Positions 39,418 to 49,028 of a stretch of DNA of 64,000 nucleotides are shown here, in pieces. The notes beneath the pieces were generated by a model. The model searched no databases, was not told where the DNA came from, and worked only from the letters and a program-made list of their open reading frames with translations. Origin of the DNA: Herpetosiphon geysericola (lineage in GTDB: Bacteria > Chloroflexota > Chloroflexia > Chloroflexales > Herpetosiphonaceae); contig NZ_LGKP01000040.1 of assembly GCF_001306135.1 (NCBI RefSeq), positions 88,726-152,725 of the forward strand, read 5' to 3'. The translations under genes and the position numbers were made by a program. Within the stretch, counting starts at the first letter, position 1. Each line of letters opens with the position of its first letter.

Positions 39418-39467
39418 AAATAGTGATGCAGCCCTAGCCAATCACGGCTAGGGCTGCATCACTATTT
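39418..39467. promoter_or_regulatory. 22-bp perfect inverted repeat with a 6-nt loop
   Basis: aaatagtgatgcagccctagcc-aatcac-ggctagggctgcatcactattt overlaps the MTase stop codon. No T-tract follows, so it may be a protein-binding or recombination site rather than a simple terminator. Confidence 0.5.
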
Positions 39468-41007
39468 AGCTTAACGATGCCATCACCTGCCCAACCAGCC
39501 ACTGCATGACTGGCGGCGTGACGGCATTACCGTATTGCTTCACCTGCTCACGCGCATTGCCCAGCACCACATACTCGCGCGGGAATGCCATTGCTGCGCC
39601 CACTTCATGCGGCTGCAACATGCGGAATCCACAATCATCAACACTAGGCGTTTGCGGCTGCGCCAAGTAATGCACGGCCATGCCAGGTACTGTTGGCAGC
39701 GCTTTGCCCAAGTCATTGGTACGATGATCGCCATCACCACCATAGTATGAAACCGTGAAGGGTGGCACCACAACAGCATGGCGATCGCGGGTTGTCACCG
39801 TGCCAAGGGCATCGCTCTGATGATTGGTTGTATCGTTGCCATAGTAACTGGTGATGAAGGGCATGACTAAACCCCGATTCCACCCTGCTGTCTGCGTGGG
39901 CATGGCATCAAGCACATTGGTTGCGCGTAAATCGCTGTGATTCGGACTCACCATAAACGGCGGGATACACAAGCCAAGCTCCTGCCGTGTGCTCTGCGTT
40001 GGCAATGGCTCGCCACTGGTTGTACTGCGCCGATCATGGGCTTCATGGGTGTAGCCCATCGGAATAAGCAAACTATGGTGGTCGCTCGTGGTGATTGCGC
40101 CTGTTGGCTCGGTCACTGGTTTGCAATAGCCTGGCGAATAGTTCATCATCAACAGGGCGTTTGGTGCAAAAGGATGATTGGCATATTTCTCTAACCCATA
40201 GCGAATACGCGCCATGGTCTTCTCTTTGAGTGGGCGCTTCCGATCCGCAATGCGCGTGATGGGCAATGACCAATCAATGGCGTTGGCTGCGCAGAAATAA
40301 AAGGGCTGCACGGCACTGGCACACTGTGGGCACAAGTAGCGATATTGGGCTTTGTATTTGCCAAAAGGCTTGGCCGGATTCTTCCACACTTGCACCGCTC
40401 GCACGTTCGTGACGCATTTTTCACAGCGTGCCACAGGGTGATAATCAAGCACCGGCGCTCGGTTGCCTTTGCGCCAAAACACCACGTACATACGATCCCG
40501 CGATTGCGGCGTGGGCCACACAAACATCGAATTCAAAAAGACTTCTTTGTGCGCATAGCCAAGGTCGTGCATGGCCTTGAGCCACGCATCATAGAGAATC
40601 CATGAGCGCGCATCGGGCACGTTCTCAACAATCACCACCTTATATTGATGATGCTCGGTGAAGCGCACTACGTCCCACATGGTGGCCCTGCTTCGCTCTG
40701 CCGATGGGTCAGGCTGGCCATTATCAAGCAATGAAATCTGGCGCGTTGGGCGCTTCACACCCTTGGCCAACGAATGATTGGTACATTCCGGCGATGCAAT
40801 TAAGATGGTGGTTCGTGGGTAGCGGCGTGGATCGCAAGCCTGAATATCAGTGCAATCGTGGTCGGTGTCAGGGTGATTGGTGTTATGGGTTTCGATTGCG
40901 AGTTTCCAATGGTTCAACGCCATGCGCACGTTGGCCCCAGCGTTGACTGCGCCAGTTGAACTACCACCAGCTCCACAAAACAAGTCCGTAACAGTAATAT
41001 CACTCAT
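39466..41007 (-). CDS. DNA (cytosine-5)-methyltransferase, orphan
   Basis: Motif I LFCGAGGSSTGA, PC motif ASPECTNHS, ENV motif VIVENVP. 513 aa; no adjacent restriction endonuclease candidate. Confidence 0.85.
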   Translation of the reverse strand: MSDITVTDLFCGAGGSSTGAVNAGANVRMALNHWKLAIETHNTNHPDTDHDCTDIQACDPRRYPRTTILIASPECTNHSLAKGVKRPTRQISLLDNGQPDPSAERSRATMWDVVRFTEHHQYKVVIVENVPDARSWILYDAWLKAMHDLGYAHKEVFLNSMFVWPTPQSRDRMYVVFWRKGNRAPVLDYHPVARCEKCVTNVRAVQVWKNPAKPFGKYKAQYRYLCPQCASAVQPFYFCAANAIDWSLPITRIADRKRPLKEKTMARIRYGLEKYANHPFAPNALLMMNYSPGYCKPVTEPTGAITTSDHHSLLIPMGYTHEAHDRRSTTSGEPLPTQSTRQELGLCIPPFMVSPNHSDLRATNVLDAMPTQTAGWNRGLVMPFITSYYGNDTTNHQSDALGTVTTRDRHAVVVPPFTVSYYGGDGDHRTNDLGKALPTVPGMAVHYLAQPQTPSVDDCGFRMLQPHEVGAAMAFPREYVVLGNAREQVKQYGNAVTPPVMQWLVGQVMASLS

Positions 41008-41092
41008 TGGCTGATTACTCCTAAAAACAAAACCGCGCCTCTGAGTGAAGCGCGGTTGCCACTAATTTATTGAGTGTTGCCACCAAGTGCCA

Positions 41093-41449
41093 CTAGAGTT
41101 CTAGTAGATCATCAGGGGTATCAATTCCATCGAAGTGATGCCCAAGCTCGTGGCGTAGGTGGATAAACACATCGGCAATTGATGGTGGCGGGGTGGGTGT
41201 GCCATCCTCGAGGATTTCAATCCACCATAGCATCAAGGCAAAGTTGGCAATATCGGCCATTTGCTTAGCGCTCTGCGTATCTTTGGATAAATGCTCTTGC
41301 AGCAGGTTGCGAAACAGGATCTTGTTTTCGGGATTATTCCACCCACGAAAACCAGCGACTGCCTTGGCATGCAGCTTCTCGCGCATCGCAGCAACAAATC
41401 GAATAAGCGCAGCATCGATAGCAATGAGTTCTGTTGATAAATCACTCAT
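41093..41449 (-). CDS. hypothetical phage protein
   Basis: 118-aa ORF. Confidence 0.35.
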   Translation of the reverse strand: MSDLSTELIAIDAALIRFVAAMREKLHAKAVAGFRGWNNPENKILFRNLLQEHLSKDTQSAKQMADIANFALMLWWIEILEDGTPTPPPSIADVFIHLRHELGHHFDGIDTPDDLLEL

Positions 41450-41685
41450 GCCACCACCTCACGCCGTTGATTGTCCAATGGTGGTACATCATCAATTGGT
41501 GGCACTTCGTTGTGCCGTGTGTTGAATCGTTCAGCCGCTGATACAGACGACCCCACAAAGGTAAAGCTTGCGCTACACGGTGGGTTAGTACAATTGAATT
41601 GGGTGTAGTAGTAGCATATAAATTCTTGTACCACGCCACCACAAAACGGGCAGGGTTTAAGCTTCATATCGAAATGCCTCATCAA
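41446..41685 (-). CDS. zinc-ribbon small protein
   Basis: CPFCGG...CTNPPC. Confidence 0.3.
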   Translation of the reverse strand: MMRHFDMKLKPCPFCGGVVQEFICYYYTQFNCTNPPCSASFTFVGSSVSAAERFNTRHNEVPPIDDVPPLDNQRREVVA

Positions 41686-41887
41686 TTAATAATTTGTAGC
41701 CAAGTCCAAGCCCTGCTAATCCAATCCATAACTGACCCAGTGCAGAGCCGATCATCAACGTTGCGAGGGCGATACTAGGGGCAATGAATCCAATGGGCTT
41801 AGGTGCCGTGAAGCGATCAACGTGCGCAACCCATGCCGATAAAATCGCCAGCACCACATAGAGAAAGATGCAGAGTTCAAGCATCAT
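41657..41887 (-). CDS. small membrane protein
   Basis: Two hydrophobic helices. Confidence 0.3.
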   Translation of the reverse strand: MMLELCIFLYVVLAILSAWVAHVDRFTAPKPIGFIAPSIALATLMIGSALGQLWIGLAGLGLGYKLLIDEAFRYEA

Positions 41888-41943
41888 TCGCCGCCTTCAC
41901 AACATCGCGCACGGCAAACCGCACGCCATCTAAATACACCCCA

Positions 41944-42333
41944 TCAAGCTGAAGCAGTAAGCCCGCCTTGCTCATGCGGTAGTGCGCTTGCACTCCGCTC
42001 AGTTGCAGGTAGGCTAGGGCTGATCGCAGCATCTCCAACGCCTCGGTTTGCGTCACGGGTTTGAGTTGTCGTGCGCTTGCGTTTGTTCGCTTCGTAGGCC
42101 GCTTTGCGCTCGGTGCTGAGCTGGTCGAAGGTTCCACCGTAGCGGCTGGTGCGGTTGCTGCCGCTGCCTTTGCGCCATTGCCAATACTGCCCATTTTCTT
42201 TCACCTCGGTGCGCCAATCGAGGGGATTGAACGCATCTACTAAAAGAGGAAGTTGTAGGAACGTGCCACCATCATCAAGGTCATCTGCCACCAGTGGTGG
42301 CACCGTGTCCGCCAAGTCGTGCGTTGGTGGCAA
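41944..42333 (-). CDS. hypothetical phage protein (overlaps alternative-frame ORF 41877..42194; boundaries uncertain)
   Basis: N-terminal two-thirds looks protein-like (YWQWRKGSGSNRTSRYGGTFDQL); the C-terminus is low complexity. Confidence 0.25.
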   Translation of the reverse strand: MPPTHDLADTVPPLVADDLDDGGTFLQLPLLVDAFNPLDWRTEVKENGQYWQWRKGSGSNRTSRYGGTFDQLSTERKAAYEANKRKRTTTQTRDANRGVGDAAISPSLPATERSASALPHEQGGLTASA

Positions 42334-42374
42334 CGGTGGTAGCTCGGCACTACCACCAGTTGCACTGCTTGGCG

Positions 42375-43133
42375 TTAGGGGTTTGGGTTGGTAGCCGGTG
42401 GTGGTGTGATTGGTGGCAACACGGTGGGCAGCGCTGGTGGCACACTTGGTTGCTCATTGCCAAGGCGCATGGTTTCAAACGTCGCTTTCAACATGGCGAT
42501 GGTTTGCCGTTGAATCTCAGCATCCACCAGTTCCTTGTATGCGGGACTATCAATGTTGCGCCGCACACCTTCTAAAGTGCTGAGCCGTAGCTCGGTTTCA
42601 ATCTCCGCTTTCGTGATAGCCTCGGCAGTTCTGGCCTCATGCTTAGCCCGCTCCGCTTGGTCAATCGGGTCAAATAACCAAATGAGCAGGAAGCCCGCTG
42701 CCACGATGATCGGCGTAGCAGGGGCGATGTAGGTGGCATACACGGTTAGGAATTGGTCAGCCGCTGCCATATCACCAGCAGCCTCAGCAAACGCCACCAC
42801 GGTATTCAAGATCATCAGGCCAAATTCGACCATCAGCACCGCGATCGCGATGCTTCGTTGCTGGCCATCTTTGATGTCGCCATTCTTGAGCTTGAGCGGC
42901 AGCATAATCACGCTGGCCCCAAGGGCGAATGCACCGCCCAAGGCCAGCAACGCAAGTAGGCCATCCACCACATTCCACACGAGCTGCACATACATCACAT
43001 CGGCGAACAGCACCGCCAATACAAACACAAGCCATGTGACCTTGCTGGTGAGCGATGGCCCAGTGGTAAGAAATCGTTTCATGCTGCCACCTTCTTCAAT
43101 TTCATCGTCACAATGGTGGTGGCACGCTGCCAC
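42375..43133 (-). CDS. membrane protein (4-5 TM) with a Pro-rich C-terminus
   Basis: Hydrophobic helices; C-terminal PPALPTVLPPITPPPATNPNP. Confidence 0.4.
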   Translation of the reverse strand: MAACHHHCDDEIEEGGSMKRFLTTGPSLTSKVTWLVFVLAVLFADVMYVQLVWNVVDGLLALLALGGAFALGASVIMLPLKLKNGDIKDGQQRSIAIAVLMVEFGLMILNTVVAFAEAAGDMAAADQFLTVYATYIAPATPIIVAAGFLLIWLFDPIDQAERAKHEARTAEAITKAEIETELRLSTLEGVRRNIDSPAYKELVDAEIQRQTIAMLKATFETMRLGNEQPSVPPALPTVLPPITPPPATNPNP

Positions 43134-43339
43134 ATCGCAACGATGGGCAATTCAATCAACGCACCTGGGCGTGCCTGCGGGTAATGCGTTTCACCGGTAG
43201 TAGCATGAGTGGCCTTATGCGCTTTGTAATCCTCAATGGTGGCAGCGATATAACAGCAGTTGCTGCAATACCATTTGGCGGTTTTTTCTTTCATCGGTTG
43301 GTTGCTCCTAAACTGAACAGTGCCACCAATTGGTGGCAC
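43079..43339 (-). CDS. hypothetical small protein
   Basis: 86-aa ORF with CSNCC; last gene before the right junction. Confidence 0.3.
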   Translation of the reverse strand: MPPIGGTVQFRSNQPMKEKTAKWYCSNCCYIAATIEDYKAHKATHATTGETHYPQARPGALIELPIVAMWQRATTIVTMKLKKVAA

Positions 43340-43428
43340 TGGGTTGATGGTTGGTCTATTCCTTGCTAACTAGGTTGATCGTCCCACAGGTATTTTGTCT
43401 GTGAGAATTAGGGTATACACGTCCTTGT

Positions 43429-43890
43429 GGCTATTTTAGCGACCCAACCCGCCAATGCGTCTGCCCACCAGCCGCAATTGCCCGCTATCAAAAACGCATC
43501 TCTGGGCCATTACTCGATCGCATCGATATTCATATTGAGGTGCCACGGCTTGAATATGAAAAGCTTGCGAGTGTGCGTAGTAGCGAATCATCGGAGCAAA
43601 TTCGCGAGCGCGTCGTGTTAGCACGTCAACGGCAAGCAGAACGCTTTTGCAAGCAGCCAATTTTGACCAATAGCGATATGGGGCCAGCCCAATTGCGCCA
43701 AGCCTGCGAGCTTGATGCTGCCAGCCAAAGCCTGATGAAGGCGGCCATGCGCCAATTACAGCTTTCAGCCCGTAGTTATCATCGGGTGCTCAAATTGGCC
43801 CGTACCATTGCCGATTTGGCCAATCTTGAGCAAATTCAACCAGCGCATTTGGCTGAAGCGCTGCAATATCGACCCCGCAGAACCGAATAA
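43429..43890 (+). pseudogene. comM: comM 3' portion (C-terminal Mg-chelatase-like domain), separated from the 5' part by the prophage
   Basis: In-frame translation GYFSDPTRQCVCPPAAIARYQKRISGPLLDRIDIHIEVPRLEYEKL...LSARSYHRVLKLARTIADL is the conserved ComM/YifB C-terminal region. Confidence 0.8.
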
Positions 43891-44047
43891 CGGCTGGTGG
43901 TAACATCTGCTAACCAACACAGCGATTGACATCACCCATCAGCCACGTACAATCATCATGAAACCGATCGATTGATCAATACGGCGCTTGCTGGTTGCTG
44001 GGCAAGCGTGTATATACGTGCCAATGATGCTATTTGTTGGCTGAAGG

Positions 44048-45853
44048 ATGGACACGATGCTGGCACAAGCCCCGAAACAATTAAGTAACTTGCGTCATTT
44101 AGAATTACGACGCATGTTTCAGTATGTATATCCCTATCGCTGGCGCTTAGCCGTGGCGCTGCTCTGTTTGGCAATTTCAAGTGGCATCGGCCTGATTATG
44201 CCGCTGGCAATTCGCAATTTGGTCGAAACAGTCAAAGATGCTTCTAGCACCAGCGCCTTGGATAAGGTTGCGCTGGGCTTAATGGGTGTGTTTATCGCCC
44301 AAATGGTCTTTAACTATATTCAAGGCTATTTTCTGACCTACGTTGGCGAACGGGCGGTTGCTGATTTGCGCATTGAGGTTTATTCGCACTTACAGCGGCT
44401 CTCGTTGGCCTTTTTTAGCGAACGCCGCGTTGGCGAATTAACCTCGCGCGTCACCAACGATGTAACGGTGATTCAAGGCATCGGCACGAATGCGGTCGCA
44501 GCCTTTCTGCAAAATGGCATTACCTTCATCGGCAGCTTCATTATGATGATCAATCTCAGTTGGCAGCTGACCGCAATCACGCTGCTGCTGATTCCATTAA
44601 TGATTGTGCTGGCGATTATTTATGGTCGCCGGATTCGCAATATGTCAACTGAAGTACAAGATCGCATGGCTGAAGCCTCGTCAGTGCTTGAAGAAACCAT
44701 CTCCGGCGTGCGGATTGTGCAATCATTTGCCCGCGAACCCTATGAAGTTGAGCGATTTAGCGGCGCAATTGAACATGCCTTTTCAGCATCGATGCGGCGC
44801 ACCAAAACTCGCGCTCAGTTTGTGCCAATTGTTTCATTTTCGGGCTTTGGAGCCTTAGTGTTTGTGCTGTGGTTTGGTGGCCGCCAAGTCTTAAATGGCA
44901 CGATGCAGCTTGGCGATTTGATCGCCTTCTTGTTGTATGCTGCCGTGATTGCTGGCTCACTCGGCACGTTTACCAGCCTGTATAGCCAATTGCAAGAGGC
45001 GCTTGGCTCGACCGCGCGAGTATTTGGCATTTTGGATACCGCGCCTTCAATCGCCAGCAAAACCAACGCCATCACTTTGCCACCAATCGAAGGTGAGATT
45101 TATTTAGAGGATGTATCATTTAACTATGGTGAGAGTAATACTCCGGTTTTAAGCAATATCACTCTCAAAGTTGAACCAGGCGAAGTGATGGCGATTGTCG
45201 GGCCAAGTGGCTCTGGCAAATCGACCTTGGTCAACTTAATTCCGCGTTTTTATGATGTTACCAAAGGGCGAATTACGGTTGATGGCTTTGACATTCGCGA
45301 TGTTGATTTGCCATCATTGCGCTCGCAAATTGGGATTGTGCCCCAAGAAACCTTGCTATTTAGCGGCACGATTGCCGATAATATTCGTTATGGCAACCTC
45401 GATGCGCCGATGGAAGCAGTCATCGAAGCGGCCAAAGCAGCCAATGCTCACGACTTTATCAGCAATTTCGAGGGTGGCTACGAATCAATCGTTGGCGAAC
45501 GCGGGATCAAACTCTCCGGTGGTCAACGCCAGCGGGTTGCGATTGCCCGCGCCTTGCTCAAAAACCCACGCATCCTTATTTTGGATGAAGCGACCTCGGC
45601 AATGGATAGCGAATCGGAAGGCTTGGTACAAGAAGCCTTAGAACGCTTGATGCAAGACCGCACGACCTTCGTGATTGCCCATCGGCTTTCGACCGTCAAA
45701 AATGCCACCAGAATTGCCGTGATTGAGCATGGCCGCGTGACTGAACTTGGCAGCCATAGCGAACTTTTAGCTAAAGCAGGGACCTACGCTCGGTTGTATC
45801 ATTTGCAATTTGAAACCAACGAAGCAGCCGCAACTGTGCTAACAGAGTATTAA
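44048..45853 (+). CDS. ABC transporter, fused permease/ATP-binding protein (MsbA-like exporter)
   Basis: Six-TM N-domain; Walker A GPSGSGKST, signature LSGGQRQR, Walker B ILILDEATSAMD. Confidence 0.85.
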   Translation: MDTMLAQAPKQLSNLRHLELRRMFQYVYPYRWRLAVALLCLAISSGIGLIMPLAIRNLVETVKDASSTSALDKVALGLMGVFIAQMVFNYIQGYFLTYVGERAVADLRIEVYSHLQRLSLAFFSERRVGELTSRVTNDVTVIQGIGTNAVAAFLQNGITFIGSFIMMINLSWQLTAITLLLIPLMIVLAIIYGRRIRNMSTEVQDRMAEASSVLEETISGVRIVQSFAREPYEVERFSGAIEHAFSASMRRTKTRAQFVPIVSFSGFGALVFVLWFGGRQVLNGTMQLGDLIAFLLYAAVIAGSLGTFTSLYSQLQEALGSTARVFGILDTAPSIASKTNAITLPPIEGEIYLEDVSFNYGESNTPVLSNITLKVEPGEVMAIVGPSGSGKSTLVNLIPRFYDVTKGRITVDGFDIRDVDLPSLRSQIGIVPQETLLFSGTIADNIRYGNLDAPMEAVIEAAKAANAHDFISNFEGGYESIVGERGIKLSGGQRQRVAIARALLKNPRILILDEATSAMDSESEGLVQEALERLMQDRTTFVIAHRLSTVKNATRIAVIEHGRVTELGSHSELLAKAGTYARLYHLQFETNEAAATVLTEY

Positions 45854-45992
45854 AATTAAAAGGATTAGCGTAAAACAGGACGATCGAGGCTTGCCGTTAA
45901 GATAAGTTAGCGTATACTATAAAGACGTATTATGCTGCTTTTAACCCACTCTGTGTGGCCATTCTGCCACAGCGAAATGAGGGATTTTTGAT

Positions 45993-48425
45993 ATGACCCG
46001 AGAAAAAGACCGCCCTCGTACAGGAACCGAGCGCACTTTACCACTGGTGGTATTGGGCGAAATTGTGATCATGCCGCACATGACTGTGCCGCTCCAGGTT
46101 GGGCAGGGCAAGTCTTATCGGGCCATGGAACAAGCGATGGAAGATGATCAACACGTTTTGTTGATCTTTGTTTCCGAGGCCGAAATTGAAGCCTACAAAG
46201 GCCACGAACCCCAACAATTACCCAAAGTTGGCGTGGTCGCGCGCTTGGAAGATTTCTCCCAATTGCCCGATGGCACGGTAAAAATTGTCCTCGAAGGGAT
46301 TACCCGCGCTGAGATTGTTGATTGTGTTCAGAGCGATCCCTTCTATCGCGTAGCCTGCCGCTACTTGCCAGACCAAGAACCAAAAGGCATCGAAGTCGAT
46401 GCATTAATGGATACAGTCAAACAGCAAATTACTGAATTTGTCGATTATTTAGGCGAAATTCCCCAAGAAGCTGTTGCTTTTGTGCATCGCATTAACACGC
46501 CTGGCCACTTGGCCGACCTTGTGACCTACGGCCCTGCCTTCTCGTTCCAAGATCGCTTGGAATTGTTGAATGAGGCCGAGCCATTGGCTCGCTTGAATCG
46601 AGTCCAAGTTATTTTGGCCCGTCAATTAGAACTCTTGCGCCTGCGCGCCAAAATTCAATCCGACACCAAAGAAGTGCTCGATCAAGGCCAAAAAGAGTAT
46701 TTCTTGCGCGAACAAATGCGCGTTATCCGCCGTGAACTCGGCGAAGATGACGATGGCGATGATCCAATTGATGAATTGCGCCGCAAAGTCAATGAACTGA
46801 ATGCACCGCAATATGTCAAAGATCAAGCCTTGCACGAAATTAAGCGCTTGGCCCAACAAGGTATGAATTCGCCAGAAGCAGGCGTGATTCGCACCTATCT
46901 CGATTGGATTATTGCCCTGCCTTGGAATGCCGATCAAGTTGCGGCAATTTCATTGGTGCAATCGCGCCAAGTGCTCGACGAAGATCATTATGGCTTGGAA
47001 AAAGTCAAAGAGCGGATTTTGGAATATCTGGCGGTGCGCAAGCTCGCTGGGAGCAAAATGCGTTCGCCAATCTTGTGCTTCGTTGGCCCTCCAGGCGTTG
47101 GTAAAACCAGCCTTGGCCGCTCAATTGCCCGCGCCTTGGATCGGCCATTCGTGCGCCAATCATTGGGTGGCGTGCACGATGAAGCCGAAATTCGCGGCCA
47201 CCGTCGCACATACATTGGCGCAATGCCAGGGCGAATTATTCAGGGCATGAAAACCGCCAAATCGCGCCAAGCTGTCTTTATGCTGGACGAAATCGACAAG
47301 ATTGGCAATGACTTCCGTGGCGACCCAACTTCGGCCTTGCTAGAAGTGCTTGATCCTGAGCAAAACAACACCTTCTCAGATCACTATTTGGAAATTCCGT
47401 TTGATCTGAGCCAAGTGGTGTTTGTGGCAACCGCCAACCAACTTGAGCCAATTCCAGCACCGCTACGCGACCGCATGGAAATTATCGAGATTGGCGGCTA
47501 TACCGAGGATGAAAAACTGGCGATTGCCCAAGGCTTCTTGTTGCCGAAGCAACGCGAGTTCCATGGCCTCGAAACCAGCCAATTAGAAGTGACCGATGCT
47601 GCAATCTTGAAGCTGATTCGCGAATATACCCGCGAAGCTGGCGTGCGTAACCTTGAGCGCGAAGTTGCAGCGTTATGTCGCAAAATTGCCCGCAAGGTTG
47701 CCGAATCGCAGGACGAGGAAGCACCACAAGAAGGTAAGAAACGGCGTAAGAAGGCTAAAAAAGCTGAGCCAATTAAATTCTTAATTGATGCTGCCGACGT
47801 GCCAACCTACCTTGGCCCCGAACACTTTAGCTTTGGCATGGCCGAAGCTGCAGATCAAGTTGGGGTTGCGACTGGGGTTGCTTGGACACCAACCGGTGGC
47901 GATATTCTCTCATTCGAAGTCCTGCCATTGACTGGAAAAGGCGAATTACGCCTAACTGGTCAATTGGGCGATGTGATGAAAGAATCGGCGCAAGCAGCAA
48001 TGTCGTATGTGCGCTATCGAGCCAAAGAATTGGGTATTGAGCCAAATTACTTTGACGAGCACTCAATTCACATTCACGTTCCCGAAGGTGCAGTGCCCAA
48101 GGATGGCCCATCGGCAGGGATCACCTTAACGATCGCATTGATTTCGGCCATGACTGGGCGAGCGGTACGCCGTGATGTTGCCATGACTGGCGAAGTTACG
48201 CTGCGTGGCCGAGTTCTGCCAATTGGTGGCTTGAAAGAAAAAACCTTGGCAGCTCATCGGGCTGGGATCAAAACCTTCATTTTGCCCAAGGAAAATGCCA
48301 AAGATATTGTTGATCTGCCAGAAAAAGTGCGCCAAGATCTGCAATTGATTCCGGTCGAAACCATGGACGAAGTGCTAACAATTGCCCTAATGCCGTTTAT
48401 TCGCCAAGACGTGATCGCCAGCTAA
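45993..48425 (+). CDS. lon: ATP-dependent Lon protease
   Basis: Lon N-domain, AAA+ Walker [10 protein letters not shown], catalytic PKDGPSAG. Confidence 0.9.
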   Translation: MTREKDRPRTGTERTLPLVVLGEIVIMPHMTVPLQVGQGKSYRAMEQAMEDDQHVLLIFVSEAEIEAYKGHEPQQLPKVGVVARLEDFSQLPDGTVKIVLEGITRAEIVDCVQSDPFYRVACRYLPDQEPKGIEVDALMDTVKQQITEFVDYLGEIPQEAVAFVHRINTPGHLADLVTYGPAFSFQDRLELLNEAEPLARLNRVQVILARQLELLRLRAKIQSDTKEVLDQGQKEYFLREQMRVIRRELGEDDDGDDPIDELRRKVNELNAPQYVKDQALHEIKRLAQQGMNSPEAGVIRTYLDWIIALPWNADQVAAISLVQSRQVLDEDHYGLEKVKERILEYLAVRKLAGSKMRSPILCFVGPPGVGKTSLGRSIARALDRPFVRQSLGGVHDEAEIRGHRRTYIGAMPGRIIQGMKTAKSRQAVFMLDEIDKIGNDFRGDPTSALLEVLDPEQNNTFSDHYLEIPFDLSQVVFVATANQLEPIPAPLRDRMEIIEIGGYTEDEKLAIAQGFLLPKQREFHGLETSQLEVTDAAILKLIREYTREAGVRNLEREVAALCRKIARKVAESQDEEAPQEGKKRRKKAKKAEPIKFLIDAADVPTYLGPEHFSFGMAEAADQVGVATGVAWTPTGGDILSFEVLPLTGKGELRLTGQLGDVMKESAQAAMSYVRYRAKELGIEPNYFDEHSIHIHVPEGAVPKDGPSAGITLTIALISAMTGRAVRRDVAMTGEVTLRGRVLPIGGLKEKTLAAHRAGIKTFILPKENAKDIVDLPEKVRQDLQLIPVETMDEVLTIALMPFIRQDVIAS

Positions 48426-48448
48426 ATAGGTTGATGTTTCACTCAACG

Positions 48449-48483
48449 CCCCTTTCCTTATCCTGAGGAGAGGGGTGTTTTTT
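48449..48483 (+). terminator. intrinsic terminator after lon
   Basis: cccctttcc...ggagagggg hairpin (one mismatch) followed by TTTTTT. Confidence 0.5.
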
Positions 48484-48960
48484 GTAAAGTCAAAAATCAA
48501 AAGTCAAAAGTCAAAATAGCCGCTGAAACCACGAAGAACGCGAAGGGCACGAAAGTTCAGTTTTTAGCCACAGATTGCACAGATTGTTTGGATTCTGTTC
48601 CCACAAGCCCAGAGCCAATAGCCATATCTTCTCTGCGCCTCTGCGTTAAATGCCGATCCACGAAACATACAAAGGCTTTTATTTTTTCGCCACAGATTAC
48701 CCAGATTAGCTAGATTATATTCTCCAATAGCCCAACGCCTAGAGCCAATAGCAATATCTTCTCTGCGCCTCTGCGTTAAATGCCGATCCACGAAACATAC
48801 GAAGGCTTTTATTTTTTAGCCACAGATTGCACAGATTGTTTTGATTCTCTTCCCATAGCCTAATCCCTTTTTTGCCTTCTGCCTTTTAATTTTTGACCTC
48901 ATCCCTATGTTCTATGCTCTTCGCTCTATGTTCTTCTTCATCCTTCATCCCTCATATTTC
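48470..48960. repeat. composite intergenic repeat region, locus B (two tandem about 130-bp units, inverted relative to locus A)
   Basis: Units at about 48556-48680 and about 48690-48810 are near-identical. They are the reverse complement of 1270-1380. Ends carry aaagtcaaaag and ggatgaagg motifs. Confidence 0.65.
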
Positions 48961-49028
48961 ATCCTTTAAAAAACGCTTCCCCCACAAACCGATAGGTTCA
49001 TGAGGGAAGCAAAACCAAGCAATAAACG

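Larger units (their letters stand above)
4081..43428. mobile_element. integrated siphovirus-like prophage (about 39.3 kb) inserted in comM, serine-recombinase type
   Basis: comM is split at 4080|4081 and 43428|43429 with a shared gtcc(g/t)tgt near both junctions. The element carries a serine integrase, a replication/recombination module, a lysis cassette, terminase, portal, capsid and tail genes. Confidence 0.8.

Noticed and set aside
41877-42194. 105-aa ORF overlapping 41944..42333 in another frame
   Set aside because: Its N-terminal half is alanine/serine low complexity. It may represent the C-terminal part of a frameshifted single gene. It is left unresolved and only one ORF is listed, at low confidence.
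43427-43621. ORF MAILATQPANAS... at the right junction
   Set aside because: It is in the wrong frame. The +1 frame gives the conserved ComM C-terminal motifs (RYQKRISGPLLDRIDIH).
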